DNA of 64,000 nt from Escherichia coli (GCF_013122565.1 NZ_CP053258.1), one strand, 5' to 3'. Shown: positions 32,723 through 42,994, counted from the stretch's first letter. The notes: generated by a model not told the origin, from the sequence alone. Program-made: numbers and translations.

Positions 32723-33325
32723 ATGGAAGCGCGAATTTCAACTGAACGGCATGTGCAGCGCCAGCAGAAATTGAAGGAACAGGTCGATACGCGCGTCGCG
32801 GCGGCGATAGAGAAAAAAGGGATCTTGATTGTTTTCACCGGCAATGGCAAAGGGAAATCCACTGCCGCGTTTGGTACGGTGACGCGCGCGGTGGGTCATG
32901 GCAAAACGGTGGGGGTTGCGCAGTACATCAAGGGGCAATGGGACAACGGCGAATACAACCTTCTCCAGCCGCTCGGGGTTGAGTTTCATATTATGGGAAC
33001 CGGTTTTACCTGGGAGACACAGAACCGGCAAGCGGATATCGACGCGGCGAAAGAGGTCTGGTCGGAAAGCAAACGGATGCTGGCTGACAAGCGTTACGAC
33101 TTAGTGGTGCTTGATGAGCTGACCTATATGCTGGCTTACCATTATCTGGATACCGAAGAAGTGATCGCTTCTCTGCAAAACCGCCCGGCACAACAAAGTG
33201 TCATTGTCACCGGACGCGGTTGCCACAGTCAGATATTAAAAATGGCGGATACGGTCAGCGAAATCCGCCCCGTCAAACATGCTTTTGATAACGGCATTCA
33301 GGCCCAGCCGGGTATCGACTGGTAA
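32723..33325 (+). CDS. cob(I)alamin adenosyltransferase, BtuR/CobA-family paralogue
   Basis: 200 aa with P-loop GNGKGKSTAAFG and full-length similarity to BtuR as remembered; AAGGA RBS; last gene of the operon. Confidence 0.85.
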   Translation: MEARISTERHVQRQQKLKEQVDTRVAAAIEKKGILIVFTGNGKGKSTAAFGTVTRAVGHGKTVGVAQYIKGQWDNGEYNLLQPLGVEFHIMGTGFTWETQNRQADIDAAKEVWSESKRMLADKRYDLVVLDELTYMLAYHYLDTEEVIASLQNRPAQQSVIVTGRGCHSQILKMADTVSEIRPVKHAFDNGIQAQPGIDW

Positions 33326-33328
33326 TAA

Positions 33329-33356
33329 CTGCGCCTGGCATCCCGCCAGGCGCAGG
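33329..33356. terminator. bidirectional terminator between the B12-operon end and the convergent LysR gene
   Basis: Perfect 11-bp inverted repeat ctgcgcctggc / gccaggcgcag around a 5-nt loop, followed by gtttt. Confidence 0.7.
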
Positions 33357-33358
33357 TT

Positions 33359-34264
33359 TTACATCTCCTGCGGTACGACCGATTTCGCCAGCAACCATTC
33401 ACGAAATTGCTGCAAGTGCGGCGAGTCAGACTTCTCTTCCTGCCACGTCATAATAAAACGATTACCGGTACGAATAGGCACATCACAGGGAATCACCATA
33501 TCGCCACTATCCAAATCATGTTGAATAGCGAACCGTGGTAACAGCGCCACGCCGAGATTAGAGCGCACGGCGGCAATCAACATTGAAAGCAAATCGAAAC
33601 GTGGCCCGTTGTTGACCAGCGGACTGCTAACGCCAGATAAAGCAAACCACTCTTCCCAGCCAGTAATACGGGTGCTTTGATGCAGAAGTGGTAACTCAGT
33701 AAGCAGTTCTGCCACTGACAGTTTTTGATCGGACATTGCAAGCAAACTGCCGCTGCATACCGGCAAAATCTCCTCTTCAAAGAGATATTCTACTTCCGCC
33801 CAGGGCGCGCAAAAATTTTCGCGCATAATGACAGCATCGTACTCCCGATTAAGAAAATCGCCGTTATTAGCTAAAGAATGAATATTAACAATAATATCGG
33901 GATGTAACTTTGTGAATTCATGTAAATTTGGGATTAACCAGTGGGTACTAAAAGTAGGATTAACGGCAAGTTCAATAACCTGAACCGTAGGCTGCCAGGT
34001 CATAATGGTATTGGTATCGCGTTCCAGCTTATTTAATGTTTCTTTTACTATCCCCAGGTAATACTTCCCTGCATCATTAAGAAAAATACGTTTTTTAGAG
34101 TGTGAAAATAACGGAGTACGTAAAAATTCCTCCAGCGCACTTACTTGTCTGAATACTGCACTTTGGGTTAACGCTAACTCCTCTGCCGCTCTGGTATAAC
34201 TTTCATGACGTGCGACGACCTCAAAAGTCACCAGCAGTTCCGTTTTAGGTATTTTTCCTCGCAT
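33359..34264 (-). CDS. LysR-family transcriptional regulator
   Basis: ORF 33359..34294 trimmed to the Met after a ggaagg RBS (MRGKIPKTELLVTFEVVARHESYTRAAEELALTQSAVFRQVSALEE is a typical LysR HTH); about 301 aa. Confidence 0.85.
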   Translation of the reverse strand: MRGKIPKTELLVTFEVVARHESYTRAAEELALTQSAVFRQVSALEEFLRTPLFSHSKKRIFLNDAGKYYLGIVKETLNKLERDTNTIMTWQPTVQVIELAVNPTFSTHWLIPNLHEFTKLHPDIIVNIHSLANNGDFLNREYDAVIMRENFCAPWAEVEYLFEEEILPVCSGSLLAMSDQKLSVAELLTELPLLHQSTRITGWEEWFALSGVSSPLVNNGPRFDLLSMLIAAVRSNLGVALLPRFAIQHDLDSGDMVIPCDVPIRTGNRFIMTWQEEKSDSPHLQQFREWLLAKSVVPQEM

Positions 34265-34854
34265 AATGCCTTCCGTGAAAAAATAACAATTCAAAAAATT
34301 ATTTTATAAAAAACAGTAGCGCTAATGAATATCATAATTCAAATAAACAAACCAGTCAGCTATATGTCTAACCAGGAAAATAAAGTGACAATAATCCTAA
34401 AACAGGAATTTCACCTCAGTTATCCGCATGCAATGCTTTAAAGCCATTATTGCAAGAATATTATTCATATACATGAATATACTCTAAATAAGTCGAGTTG
34501 GAGGAAGGGAACAAATAATGAATTTCCAGAAGCTTACATAAGTAAGTGACCTGGGTGAGCGAACATCGATGCAGCACATGCAACTTGAATTATGACAAGT
34601 ATACAATGATAAATTTAGATACCCTATGTTATATATTATCTATGTCCGGTTAAATTGAATGAGTCATGGCCTTCAAAGACATCGCAAAAGATAATTTCTC
34701 TTTAACAATAAGCCAGATTTACCACTTGTAAAAATTGCTATCGCCACATACACTACGCGCGTTTTCTTTCCCTTTTGCTGGCTGCTGACCGGAAAGACAA
34801 AATTACCCTCGCAATACAGGGGGTTGTTTAACGTCTATATTTCAGGACAGCGTT

Positions 34855-36252
34855 ATGCATCATCTTTCAAGGCTTGATAAAGCCTTTCTGCGCAAAGGGA
34901 TCCAACTTTCCCGCGCCAACAATATTGTTTCATTATCTCGTCCATCAGGTGTCAGTGCCCGCGTACTGCTGCCAGACGAACTGCCGCTGGAAGAAAAAGC
35001 AGTAACACAACTGCTTGATTTTGCAGAAGTGAAGCTACCAGACCACCCAGGTTATGTACGCCAGACGTGTGCGACGCCAGATTTTCATCCCGGCAATGGC
35101 GTCCCCGTTGGCGCGGTGGTAGCCTCAACGCCGGATTTAGTCATTCCCGCCGCCATCGGCACCGATATTTCTTGTGGCATGCGGCTGCTGACGACCGGAA
35201 TAACACTTGAGCAAGCCGAAGCGCATAAAGACGTCATCACTCAGCGGTTAACGCAAGTGTTACTGCAAAATGAGCGCGATGTTCCGTTATCTGCACGAGC
35301 GTTCACCGCGCTTTTTGATGGCGGGCCGGCAGATTGCATGTCGGCCTTGCCATCAGCAGGTCTCTGGACACGCACGAATATCCCCCGAATGGTACAAGAG
35401 ATTGACCGCTGCATTGGGCTGAACGAGCATAAAAGTCATTCGCGTTATGCCCCACCCGCCCTGCTGGCAACGGACCGCGCATTACTCCGCGACCCTTGTC
35501 TGGGTACGCCGGGTTCAGGTAATCATTTTATTGAACTTCAGGTAGTTGATAGCGTGATCGATCGCCATGTAGCCTGGCAACAAGGGCTGAAAACAGGCGA
35601 TATCGTGGTGATGATCCATAGTGGATCGCGAGATGTCGGCTTTTACGTCGGACGACGCTGGACGGACCGTGCCCGCGCAGACTGGCCCGCTGGGCATAAA
35701 CATCCACAAAGCGGGTTATATGGTCTGGCTGGTGGACTGGCGGAGGAATATCTACAAGCGATGGGAATGGCGGCGCGTTACGCATGGTTAAATCGCGTGA
35801 CCATTACGGAAATGGTGCGCGTATGTTTTGCCGATTTATTCCATCAGGATGAATCACATCTGGTGGTGGATGTGCCGCATAACATCATCCTTCGCGAGCA
35901 TGAGATGAATATTCATCGCAAAGGCGCAACACCGGCACGTGCGGGCGATCTGGCGTTAATCCCCGGTTCAATGGGCGATTATTCGTGGCTTGCGGTAGGT
36001 TGCGGCAACCCGGAGTGGTTGTGGTCATGCAGTCACGGAGCAGGACGCAGCCAGCGTCGGCAGGCCATGCGCGCACACGCGACTGAAGAGTCAACGCTGC
36101 CGTGGCAATGCGTAACACTGCGTGAAGAACGGCGTATTGAGGAAGCGCCAGCTGCTTATAAAGATATTGGTCCGGTTATCGAAGCCCAACAAGAAGCTGG
36201 ATTAATTCAGCCAGCGGTCAGATTTCGACCGTGGTTAACGTTTAAGGCATAA
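34855..36252 (+). CDS. RtcB-family RNA ligase paralogue (465 aa, N-terminally extended)
   Basis: Motifs typical of RtcB: PDFHPGNG, GTDISCGM (cf. GVDIGCGM), and HGAGR near the C-terminus; divergent from the LysR gene across 590 bp. Confidence 0.75.
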   Translation: MHHLSRLDKAFLRKGIQLSRANNIVSLSRPSGVSARVLLPDELPLEEKAVTQLLDFAEVKLPDHPGYVRQTCATPDFHPGNGVPVGAVVASTPDLVIPAAIGTDISCGMRLLTTGITLEQAEAHKDVITQRLTQVLLQNERDVPLSARAFTALFDGGPADCMSALPSAGLWTRTNIPRMVQEIDRCIGLNEHKSHSRYAPPALLATDRALLRDPCLGTPGSGNHFIELQVVDSVIDRHVAWQQGLKTGDIVVMIHSGSRDVGFYVGRRWTDRARADWPAGHKHPQSGLYGLAGGLAEEYLQAMGMAARYAWLNRVTITEMVRVCFADLFHQDESHLVVDVPHNIILREHEMNIHRKGATPARAGDLALIPGSMGDYSWLAVGCGNPEWLWSCSHGAGRSQRRQAMRAHATEESTLPWQCVTLREERRIEEAPAAYKDIGPVIEAQQEAGLIQPAVRFRPWLTFKA

Positions 36253-36274
36253 AAAAGGCCATCATACGATGGCC
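36251..36274 (-). terminator. rho-independent terminator of the sdh-suc transcript / SdhX
   Basis: Hairpin ggccatc-gtat-gatggcc followed on the minus strand by a U-run (plus-strand aaaaaa at 36251-36256); begins immediately after the RtcB-like stop codon. Confidence 0.75.
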
Positions 36275-36349
36275 AACCATGTCGAAACCGACAGCCCTTC
36301 GCCATTCCTGTAGAGGGAAGCGGCGAGGGCTATTTCTTATTACAGATAT
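36251..36349 (-). ncRNA. sdhX: putative SdhX (RybD) sRNA from the sucD 3' UTR
   Basis: About 100 nt between the sucD stop (36350) and the terminator; contains ...caggaauggcgaagggcugucgguuucgacaugguuggccaucguaugauggccuuuu, which matches my recollection of the SdhX 3' region. Confidence 0.5.
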
Positions 36350-37219
36350 TTATTTCAGAACAGTTTTCAGTGCTTCACCGATATCCGCCAGGCTGCGAAC
36401 GGTTTTCACGCCTGCGGCTTCCAGAGCCGCGAATTTCTCATCCGCAGTCCCTTTCCCACCGGCAATGATGGCACCTGCGTGGCCCATACGTTTGCCTTTC
36501 GGCGCAGTCACACCAGCGATGTAACCTACAACTGGCTTGGTAACGTGCTCTTTGATGTACGCTGCTGCTTCTTCTTCAGCGCTACCGCCGATCTCACCGA
36601 TCATCACGATCGCTTCGGTCTGCGGATCTTTTTCGAACATTTCGAGGATGTCGATAAAGTTAGAGCCAGGGATCGGGTCACCGCCGATACCAACACAGGT
36701 CGACTGACCGAAACCGTAATCCGTGGTCTGTTTAACCGCTTCATAGGTCAGTGTACCGGAACGGGAAACGATACCCACTTTACCCGGTTTGTGAATGTGA
36801 CCAGGCTGGATACCGATTTTGCATTCACCTGGGGTGATAACGCCCGGGCAGTTCGGGCCGATCATACGAACGCCGGCTTCATCCAGTTTCACTTTCACAG
36901 TCAGCATATCCAGCGTCGGGATGCCTTCAGTGATGGTGATAATCAGTTTGATGCCTGCGTCGATGGCTTCCAGAATGGAGTCTTTGCAGAACGGTGCTGG
37001 TACGTAGATAACAGAAGCGGTAGCGCCAGTGGCAGCAACGGCTTCACGCACGGTGTTGAACACCGGCAGGCCGAGGTGGGTGGTGCCGCCTTTACCTGGG
37101 GTTACGCCGCCAACCATTTTAGTGCCGTATGCAATAGCCTGTTCTGAGTGGAAAGTCCCCTGGCTACCGGTAAAACCCTGGCAGATAACCTTGGTGTTTT
37201 TATCAATTAAAATGGACAT
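36350..37219 (-). CDS. sucD: succinyl-CoA synthetase alpha subunit
   Basis: 289 aa, [45 protein letters not shown]. Confidence 0.95.
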
Positions 37220-38385
37220 TATTTCCCCTCCACTGCGGCAACAACCTGCTGAGCTGCATCCGTCAGACCTTTTGCTGCAATAATATTCAGGCCGCTGTCA
37301 GCCAGTTTCTTCGCGCCGAGTTCGGCGTTGTTACCTTCCAGACGTACCACGACCGGTACGTTAACACCCACTTCCGCTACCGCGCCGATGATACCGTCAG
37401 CGATCAGGTCGCAACGAACGATACCGCCGAAGATGTTAACCAGAACGGCTTTCACTTTGTCGTCAGAGAGGATGATTTTGAACGCTTCGGTTACACGTTC
37501 TTTGGTTGCGCCGCCGCCAACGTCCAGGAAGTTAGCCGGTTCGCCGCCGTGCAGTTTAACGATGTCCATCGTACCCATCGCCAGACCTGCGCCGTTAACC
37601 ATACAACCGATGTTACCGTCCAGCGCAACGTAGTTCAGTTCCCACTGTGCAGCTTGTGCTTCACGTGGATCTTCCTGCGACTGGTCACGCATTTCGCGCA
37701 GATCAGGCTGGCGGAACAGTGCGTTGCCATCAGCGCCCAGTTTGCCGTCGAGGCAAATCAGATCGCCCTGTTTGGTAATGACCAGCGGGTTGATTTCGAT
37801 CAGCGCCAGGTCACGCTCCAGGAAAATGGTCGCCAGGCCCATGAAGATTTTGGTGAACTGCTGAACCAGTTTACCTTCCAGACCAAGTTTGAACGCCAGC
37901 TCGCGTCCCTGATACGGCATCGGGCCAGTCAGCGGATCAAGCGCAACTTTATGGATCAGGTGCGGAGTTTCTTCCGCCACTTTTTCGATTTCCACGCCGC
38001 CTTCGGTGGAGGCCATAAAGACCACGCGACGTGAACTACGGTCTACAACGGCACCGAGATACAGCTCTTTAGCGATATCGGTCGCCGCTTCAACCAGAAT
38101 CTGGTTAACCGGTTGGCCATTGGCATCTGTTTGATACGTTACCAGACGCTTGCCCAGCCAGTTTTCTGCAAAAGCACGGATGTCTTCTTTGCTGTTTACA
38201 ACTTTCACACCGCCCGCTTTACCGCGGCCACCAGCGTGAACCTGACATTTCACTACCCACGGACCGGCACCGATTTTTGAAGCGGCTTCTTCTGCTTCGC
38301 GCGGAGTAGTACAGGCATAACCCACCGGTGCTGGTAAGCCATAGCGGGCAAAAAGTTGTTTTGCCTGATATTCATGTAAGTTCAT
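37219..38385 (-). CDS. sucC: succinyl-CoA synthetase beta subunit
   Basis: 388 aa, [20 protein letters not shown]; its stop overlaps the sucD start. Confidence 0.95.
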
Positions 38386-38467
38386 GTGTTCTGTCCATCC
38401 TTCAGTAATCGTTATCTTTTAAACCGTAGACCGAATATTTCGTATCGCTTCCGGGTATTGTCGGTCA

Positions 38468-38640
38468 CCCGTAGGCCTGATAAGACGCGTCAGCGTCGCA
38501 TCAGGCATCGCTTGTCGGATGCGGCGCGAGCGCCTTATCCGACCTACATCGGTGCTTCCCGTAGGCCTGATAAGACGCGTTAAGCGTCGCATCAGGCTTC
38601 AATGGCCGGAGAAGGCGATAATGCCTTATCCGGTCTACAG
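38468..38640. repeat. REP/BIME cluster in the sucB-sucC spacer
   Basis: Two tandem ~85 bp units each beginning cccgtaggcctgataagacgcg...gcgtcgcatcaggc, typical REP palindromes. Confidence 0.75.
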
Positions 38641-38660
38641 TGCAGGTGAAGCTTAAACTA

Positions 38661-39878
38661 CTACACGTCCAGCAGCAGACGCGTCGGATCTTCCAGCAAC
38701 TCTTTGATCGTTACCAGGAAGCCCACGGATTCGCGACCATCGATCAGACGGTGATCGTAGGACAGCGCCAGGTACATCATCGGCAGGATCTCAACCTGAC
38801 CATTCACCGCCATCGGACGATCTTTGATAGCGTGCATACCCAGAATTGCGCTCTGCGGCGGGTTGATGATCGGCGTAGACATCAGGGAACCGAACACACC
38901 ACCGTTGGTGATAGTGAAGTTACCACCGGTCAGATCTTCAACGGTCAGCTTGCCGTCACGGCCTTTGACTGCCAGCTCTTTGATTTTCTTCTCGATGTCT
39001 GCCATGCCGAGGGTATCGACATCACGCAGTACCGGCGTCACCAGGCCGCGCGGCGTAGAAACCGCCATGCTGACGTCGAAATAGTTGTGGTAAACCACAT
39101 CATCGCCGTCGATAGAAGCATTCACTTCCGGGTAACGTTTCAGGGCTTCAACCACCGCTTTCACGTAGAAGGACATAAAGCCCAGACGGATGCCGTGACG
39201 TTTTTCAAACGCTTCACCGTACTGCTTACGCAGATCCATAATCGGCTTCATGTTGACTTCGTTGAACGTGGTCAGCATGGCGGTGGAGTTTTTCGCTTCC
39301 AGCAGACGCTCTGCCACACGCTTACGCAGGCGAGTCATCGGGACACGTTTTTCGCTACGTGCAGCCAGAGCCGGTTGCGCCGCCGGAGCAGCCGCTGCCG
39401 GAGCAGACTCTTTCGCCGGGGCTTTCGCCAGATGTTTTTCCACATCTTCACGAGTCAGACGACCACCCACACCGGTGCCTTTAATGGCGCTGGCGTCGAG
39501 ATTGTGTTCAGCCAGCAGGCGACGGATCGCCGGGCTTAACGCATCGTTGTTTTGCTCTTCCAGAGACGCCTGCTGGCGTTGCGCCGGAGTGGACGCTTTC
39601 TCTTCAGATTTGGCGCTGGTTTCTTTACCGGCGCTGTTGCCTTCACGCAGGCGACCAAGGATCTGACGAGACGTTACCGTTGTACCTTCATCTTCCAGAA
39701 CCGCATCCAGAATGCCGTCTGCTGATGCCGGTACTTCCAGTACCACTTTGTCAGTTTCGATTTCTACCAGCACTTCATCACGTACGACTGCGTCGCCGGG
39801 TTTTTTATGCCAGGTTGCGACGGTGGCATCGGCTACGGATTCAGGCAGGTCAGGGACCAGAATATCTACGCTACTCAT
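38661..39878 (-). CDS. sucB: dihydrolipoyllysine-residue succinyltransferase (2-oxoglutarate dehydrogenase E2)
   Basis: 405 aa with N-terminal lipoyl domain ([13 protein letters not shown]), Ala/Pro linker and catalytic domain with DHRLIDG. Confidence 0.95.
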
Positions 39879-39892
39879 TGTGTATCCTTTAT

Positions 39893-42694
39893 TTATTCGA
39901 CGTTCAGCGCGTCATTAACCAGATCTTGTTGCTGTTTCTGGTGAACGGACATATACCCTACCGCCGGAGAGGCGGAGGCCGGGCGGCCTGCATAACGCAG
40001 AGAAGCCCCAAACGGAATCACTTCACGGAAATGATGCTGGCTGCAGTACCATGCGCCCTGGTTGAGCGGCTCTTCCTGGCACCAGACAAAATCCTTGACG
40101 TGAGCAAACTGCTGCAACACTTCCTGCATCGCTTTATGCGGGAACGGGTAGAGTTGCTCGATACGCACAATGGCGACATCGTGTTGATTGTTCTTACGAC
40201 GCTGTTCCAGCAGGTCGTAATAAACCTTACCAGAACACATCACTACGCGCTTCACGCCCTTCGGATCAAGCTCGTCGATTTCACCGATGGCTGGCAGGAA
40301 GGTGCCGTTCGCCAGTTCTTCGAGGCTGGAAACCGCCAGCGGATGACGCAGCAGGGATTTCGGCGACATCACGACCAGCGGACGACGCATCCCGCGCAGC
40401 GCCTGACGACGCAGCATGTGGTAAACCTGTGCCGGGGTAGACGGTACGCACACCTGCATGTTTTGCTCAGCGCAAAGTTGCAGATAACGTTCCAGACGCG
40501 CGGAGGAGTGCTCCGGCCCCTGCCCTTCGTAACCGTGTGGCAGCAACATCACCAGGCCACACATCCGGCCCCATTTCTGTTCGCCAGAGGAGATGAACTG
40601 GTCGATAACCACCTGAGCACCGTTAGCGAAGTCACCGAACTGCGCTTCCCAGATGGTCAGAGTGCGTGGTTCTGCGGTGGCATAACCGTATTCAAACGCC
40701 AGCACGGCTTCTTCAGACAGTACGGAGTCCCAGACACGGAACGCGCCCTGGCCGTTATGGATGTGTTGCAGCGGCGTGTAAGTGGAACCGTTAGACTGGT
40801 TGTGGATCACCGCGTGGCGGTGGAAGAAGGTACCGCGACCGGAGTCTTCACCCGACAGGCGAACCGGAATGCCTTCGTCAACCAGCGTGGCGTAAGCGAG
40901 GTTTTCCGCGCCGCCCCAGTCGAACAGTTTCTCACCGGCTGCCATCGCCTGGCGATCGCCATAAATCTTGGCAACGCGAGACTGCATTTCAACTGCTTCC
41001 GGCACCGTGCTGATGCGTTTAGCCAGTTCCTGCAGGCGCTTCATCTCAACTTTGTTCGGGTACTCTTCGTCCCATTCGTGGTTGAGGTACGGCGACCAGG
41101 TGAAGGAGTGCATGTTCATCGGACGCCACTCTGCTACCACGCAATCGCCAGCATCCAGCGCATCGCGGTACAGGTTAACCATCTCGGTGGCATCTTCCAG
41201 CGTCGCGACTTTTTCCTGCTCCAGCTTGTCTGCGTAGATTTTGCGCGGCGTTGGATGTTTTTTGATTTTCTGATACATCAGCGGCTGGGTTGCGCTCGGC
41301 TCGTCGGCTTCGTTGTGGCCGTGACGGCGGTAGCACACCAGGTCGATGAAGACATCACGTTTAAAGGTGTTACGGAAATCGAGCGCCAGACGGGTCACAA
41401 AGGCAACGGCTTCCGGATCATCCGCGTTAACGTGGAAAATCGGTGCCTGAACCATCTTACCGATATCAGTACAGTACGGCGTCGAACGTGCATCCAGCGG
41501 ATTAGAGGTGGTGAAGCCAACCTGGTTGTTGATAACGATACGTACCGTACCGCCAACTTCATAACCACGCGCTTTCGACATGTTCAGGGTTTCCTGAACC
41601 ACGCCCTGCCCGGTCACTGCGGCGTCACCGTGGATGGTGATTGGCAGCACTTTGTTGCTGCTCGGCTCATCGAGTCTGTCCAGACGGGCACGAACAGAAC
41701 CGATAACGACCGGGCTGACAATCTCAAGGTGAGACGGGTTAAACGCCAGCGCCAGGTGCACCAGGCCGCCATCGGTCTGGAAGTCAGACGAGAAGCCCAT
41801 GTGGTATTTCACGTCGCCTGTGCCGAGGTGTTCTTTATGTTTACCGGCAAACTCGTCGAACAAGTCTTGCGGTTTTTTACCCAGCACGTTCACCAGCACG
41901 TTCAGACGACCACGGTGCGCCATCCCGAGAACCACTTCGCGGGTGCCGCTGTTGCCCGCGTGGCGGATCATCTCTTTAAGCATCGGGATTAACGCGTCAC
42001 CGCCTTCCAGCGAGAAGCGTTTTGCGCCAGGGAATTTTGCGCCGAGGTAACGTTCAAGGCCTTCAGCGGCGGTCAGTTCGCTTAAGAAGCGTTTTTTCTC
42101 TTCGCTATTGAAAGTCGCGCGACCAGACTCGATACGCTGTTGGATCCAGCGTTTTTCTTCGGTGCTGGTAATGTGCATATACTCGGCGCCAATCGGGCCG
42201 CAGTAGGTTTGCTTCAGGGCTTCCAGCAGTTCACCGAGTTTCATGGTTTCTTTGCCGCTGGCAAATGAACCGACGTTGAAGGTCTCCTGGAAGTCTGCTT
42301 CGGTCAGATCGTGGAAAGACGGATCCAGATCGGCCACTTTATCTTGCTGCCACAGTCCCAGCGGATCGAGATTCGCATGCTGGTGACCACGGAAGCGGTA
42401 TGCGTTAATGAGCTGCAGGACTTTAACCTGCTTCACATTGGTGTCAGGGTCGGAGATCGTTGAAGAGTAACGTGAAGCGTCTTTCGCCAGGCGGCGGAAA
42501 TATTCACGCGTTTGAGAGTGGAATTGATCCGGTTTGACTCCCGTACCAGGTAACTGCTGGAACGTCGAACGCCAGTTAGCGTCAACCGAGTCAGGATCGG
42601 TTAAGAAGTCTTCATAGAGCTGTTCTATCCAGCTCTGGTTTGCGCCAGAGAGGTAAGAAGAGTCCAACCAGGCTTTCAAAGCGCTGTTCTGCAT
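39893..42694 (-). CDS. sucA: 2-oxoglutarate dehydrogenase E1 component
   Basis: 933 aa [34 protein letters not shown]. Confidence 0.95.
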   Translation of the reverse strand: MQNSALKAWLDSSYLSGANQSWIEQLYEDFLTDPDSVDANWRSTFQQLPGTGVKPDQFHSQTREYFRRLAKDASRYSSTISDPDTNVKQVKVLQLINAYRFRGHQHANLDPLGLWQQDKVADLDPSFHDLTEADFQETFNVGSFASGKETMKLGELLEALKQTYCGPIGAEYMHITSTEEKRWIQQRIESGRATFNSEEKKRFLSELTAAEGLERYLGAKFPGAKRFSLEGGDALIPMLKEMIRHAGNSGTREVVLGMAHRGRLNVLVNVLGKKPQDLFDEFAGKHKEHLGTGDVKYHMGFSSDFQTDGGLVHLALAFNPSHLEIVSPVVIGSVRARLDRLDEPSSNKVLPITIHGDAAVTGQGVVQETLNMSKARGYEVGGTVRIVINNQVGFTTSNPLDARSTPYCTDIGKMVQAPIFHVNADDPEAVAFVTRLALDFRNTFKRDVFIDLVCYRRHGHNEADEPSATQPLMYQKIKKHPTPRKIYADKLEQEKVATLEDATEMVNLYRDALDAGDCVVAEWRPMNMHSFTWSPYLNHEWDEEYPNKVEMKRLQELAKRISTVPEAVEMQSRVAKIYGDRQAMAAGEKLFDWGGAENLAYATLVDEGIPVRLSGEDSGRGTFFHRHAVIHNQSNGSTYTPLQHIHNGQGAFRVWDSVLSEEAVLAFEYGYATAEPRTLTIWEAQFGDFANGAQVVIDQFISSGEQKWGRMCGLVMLLPHGYEGQGPEHSSARLERYLQLCAEQNMQVCVPSTPAQVYHMLRRQALRGMRRPLVVMSPKSLLRHPLAVSSLEELANGTFLPAIGEIDELDPKGVKRVVMCSGKVYYDLLEQRRKNNQHDVAIVRIEQLYPFPHKAMQEVLQQFAHVKDFVWCQEEPLNQGAWYCSQHHFREVIPFGASLRYAGRPASASPAVGYMSVHQKQQQDLVNDALNVE

Positions 42695-42872
42695 CGTGAT
42701 CCCTTAAGCATCTTTTTTATGCTTACTTCGCCGTGGATACTACCACGCACAGTGATGTGCGTGCCGGGGTTCACTTGCGAGCTCTTGTCTACGTAGTGGC
42801 TCGCGAAGGAACCTTTAAAAACTGTCTTAGTGTCAGGGGCAGTTTTTAAAGATTTCCTGCATTTCTTTGTTA

Positions 42873-42993
42873 CGCCTGATGCGCTGCGCTTATCAGGCCT
42901 ACGGGTAATGACGTGTAGGCCGGATAAGGCGTTCACGCCGCATCCGGCACTGGTTGCCTGATAAGACGCTTGAGCGTCTTATCAGGCCTACGG
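42873..42993. repeat. REP/BIME cluster in the sdhB-sucA spacer
   Basis: gcctgatgcgctgcgcttatcaggcctacg ... gcctgataagacgcttgagcgtcttatcaggcctacg palindromic units. Confidence 0.75.
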
Positions 42994-42994
42994 T

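Noticed and set aside
20483-36252. Possibility that the accessory block is a prophage, integron or transposon
   Set aside because: No integrase, transposase, terminal inverted repeats, attC-like sites, phage structural genes or adjacent tRNA attachment site were seen; it reads as a metabolic island of unknown mobilisation history.
38386-38583. 65-aa + strand ORF between sucC and sucB
   Set aside because: Falls within the REP palindrome cluster; Arg/Pro-rich translation from the palindromes, no RBS.
38640-39539. 299-aa + strand ORF
   Set aside because: Antisense to sucB.
39680-41992. 770-aa ORF on the + strand
   Set aside because: Lies entirely antisense to sucA, whose protein is unmistakable; a shadow ORF in GC-rich coding DNA with no RBS or recognisable protein features.
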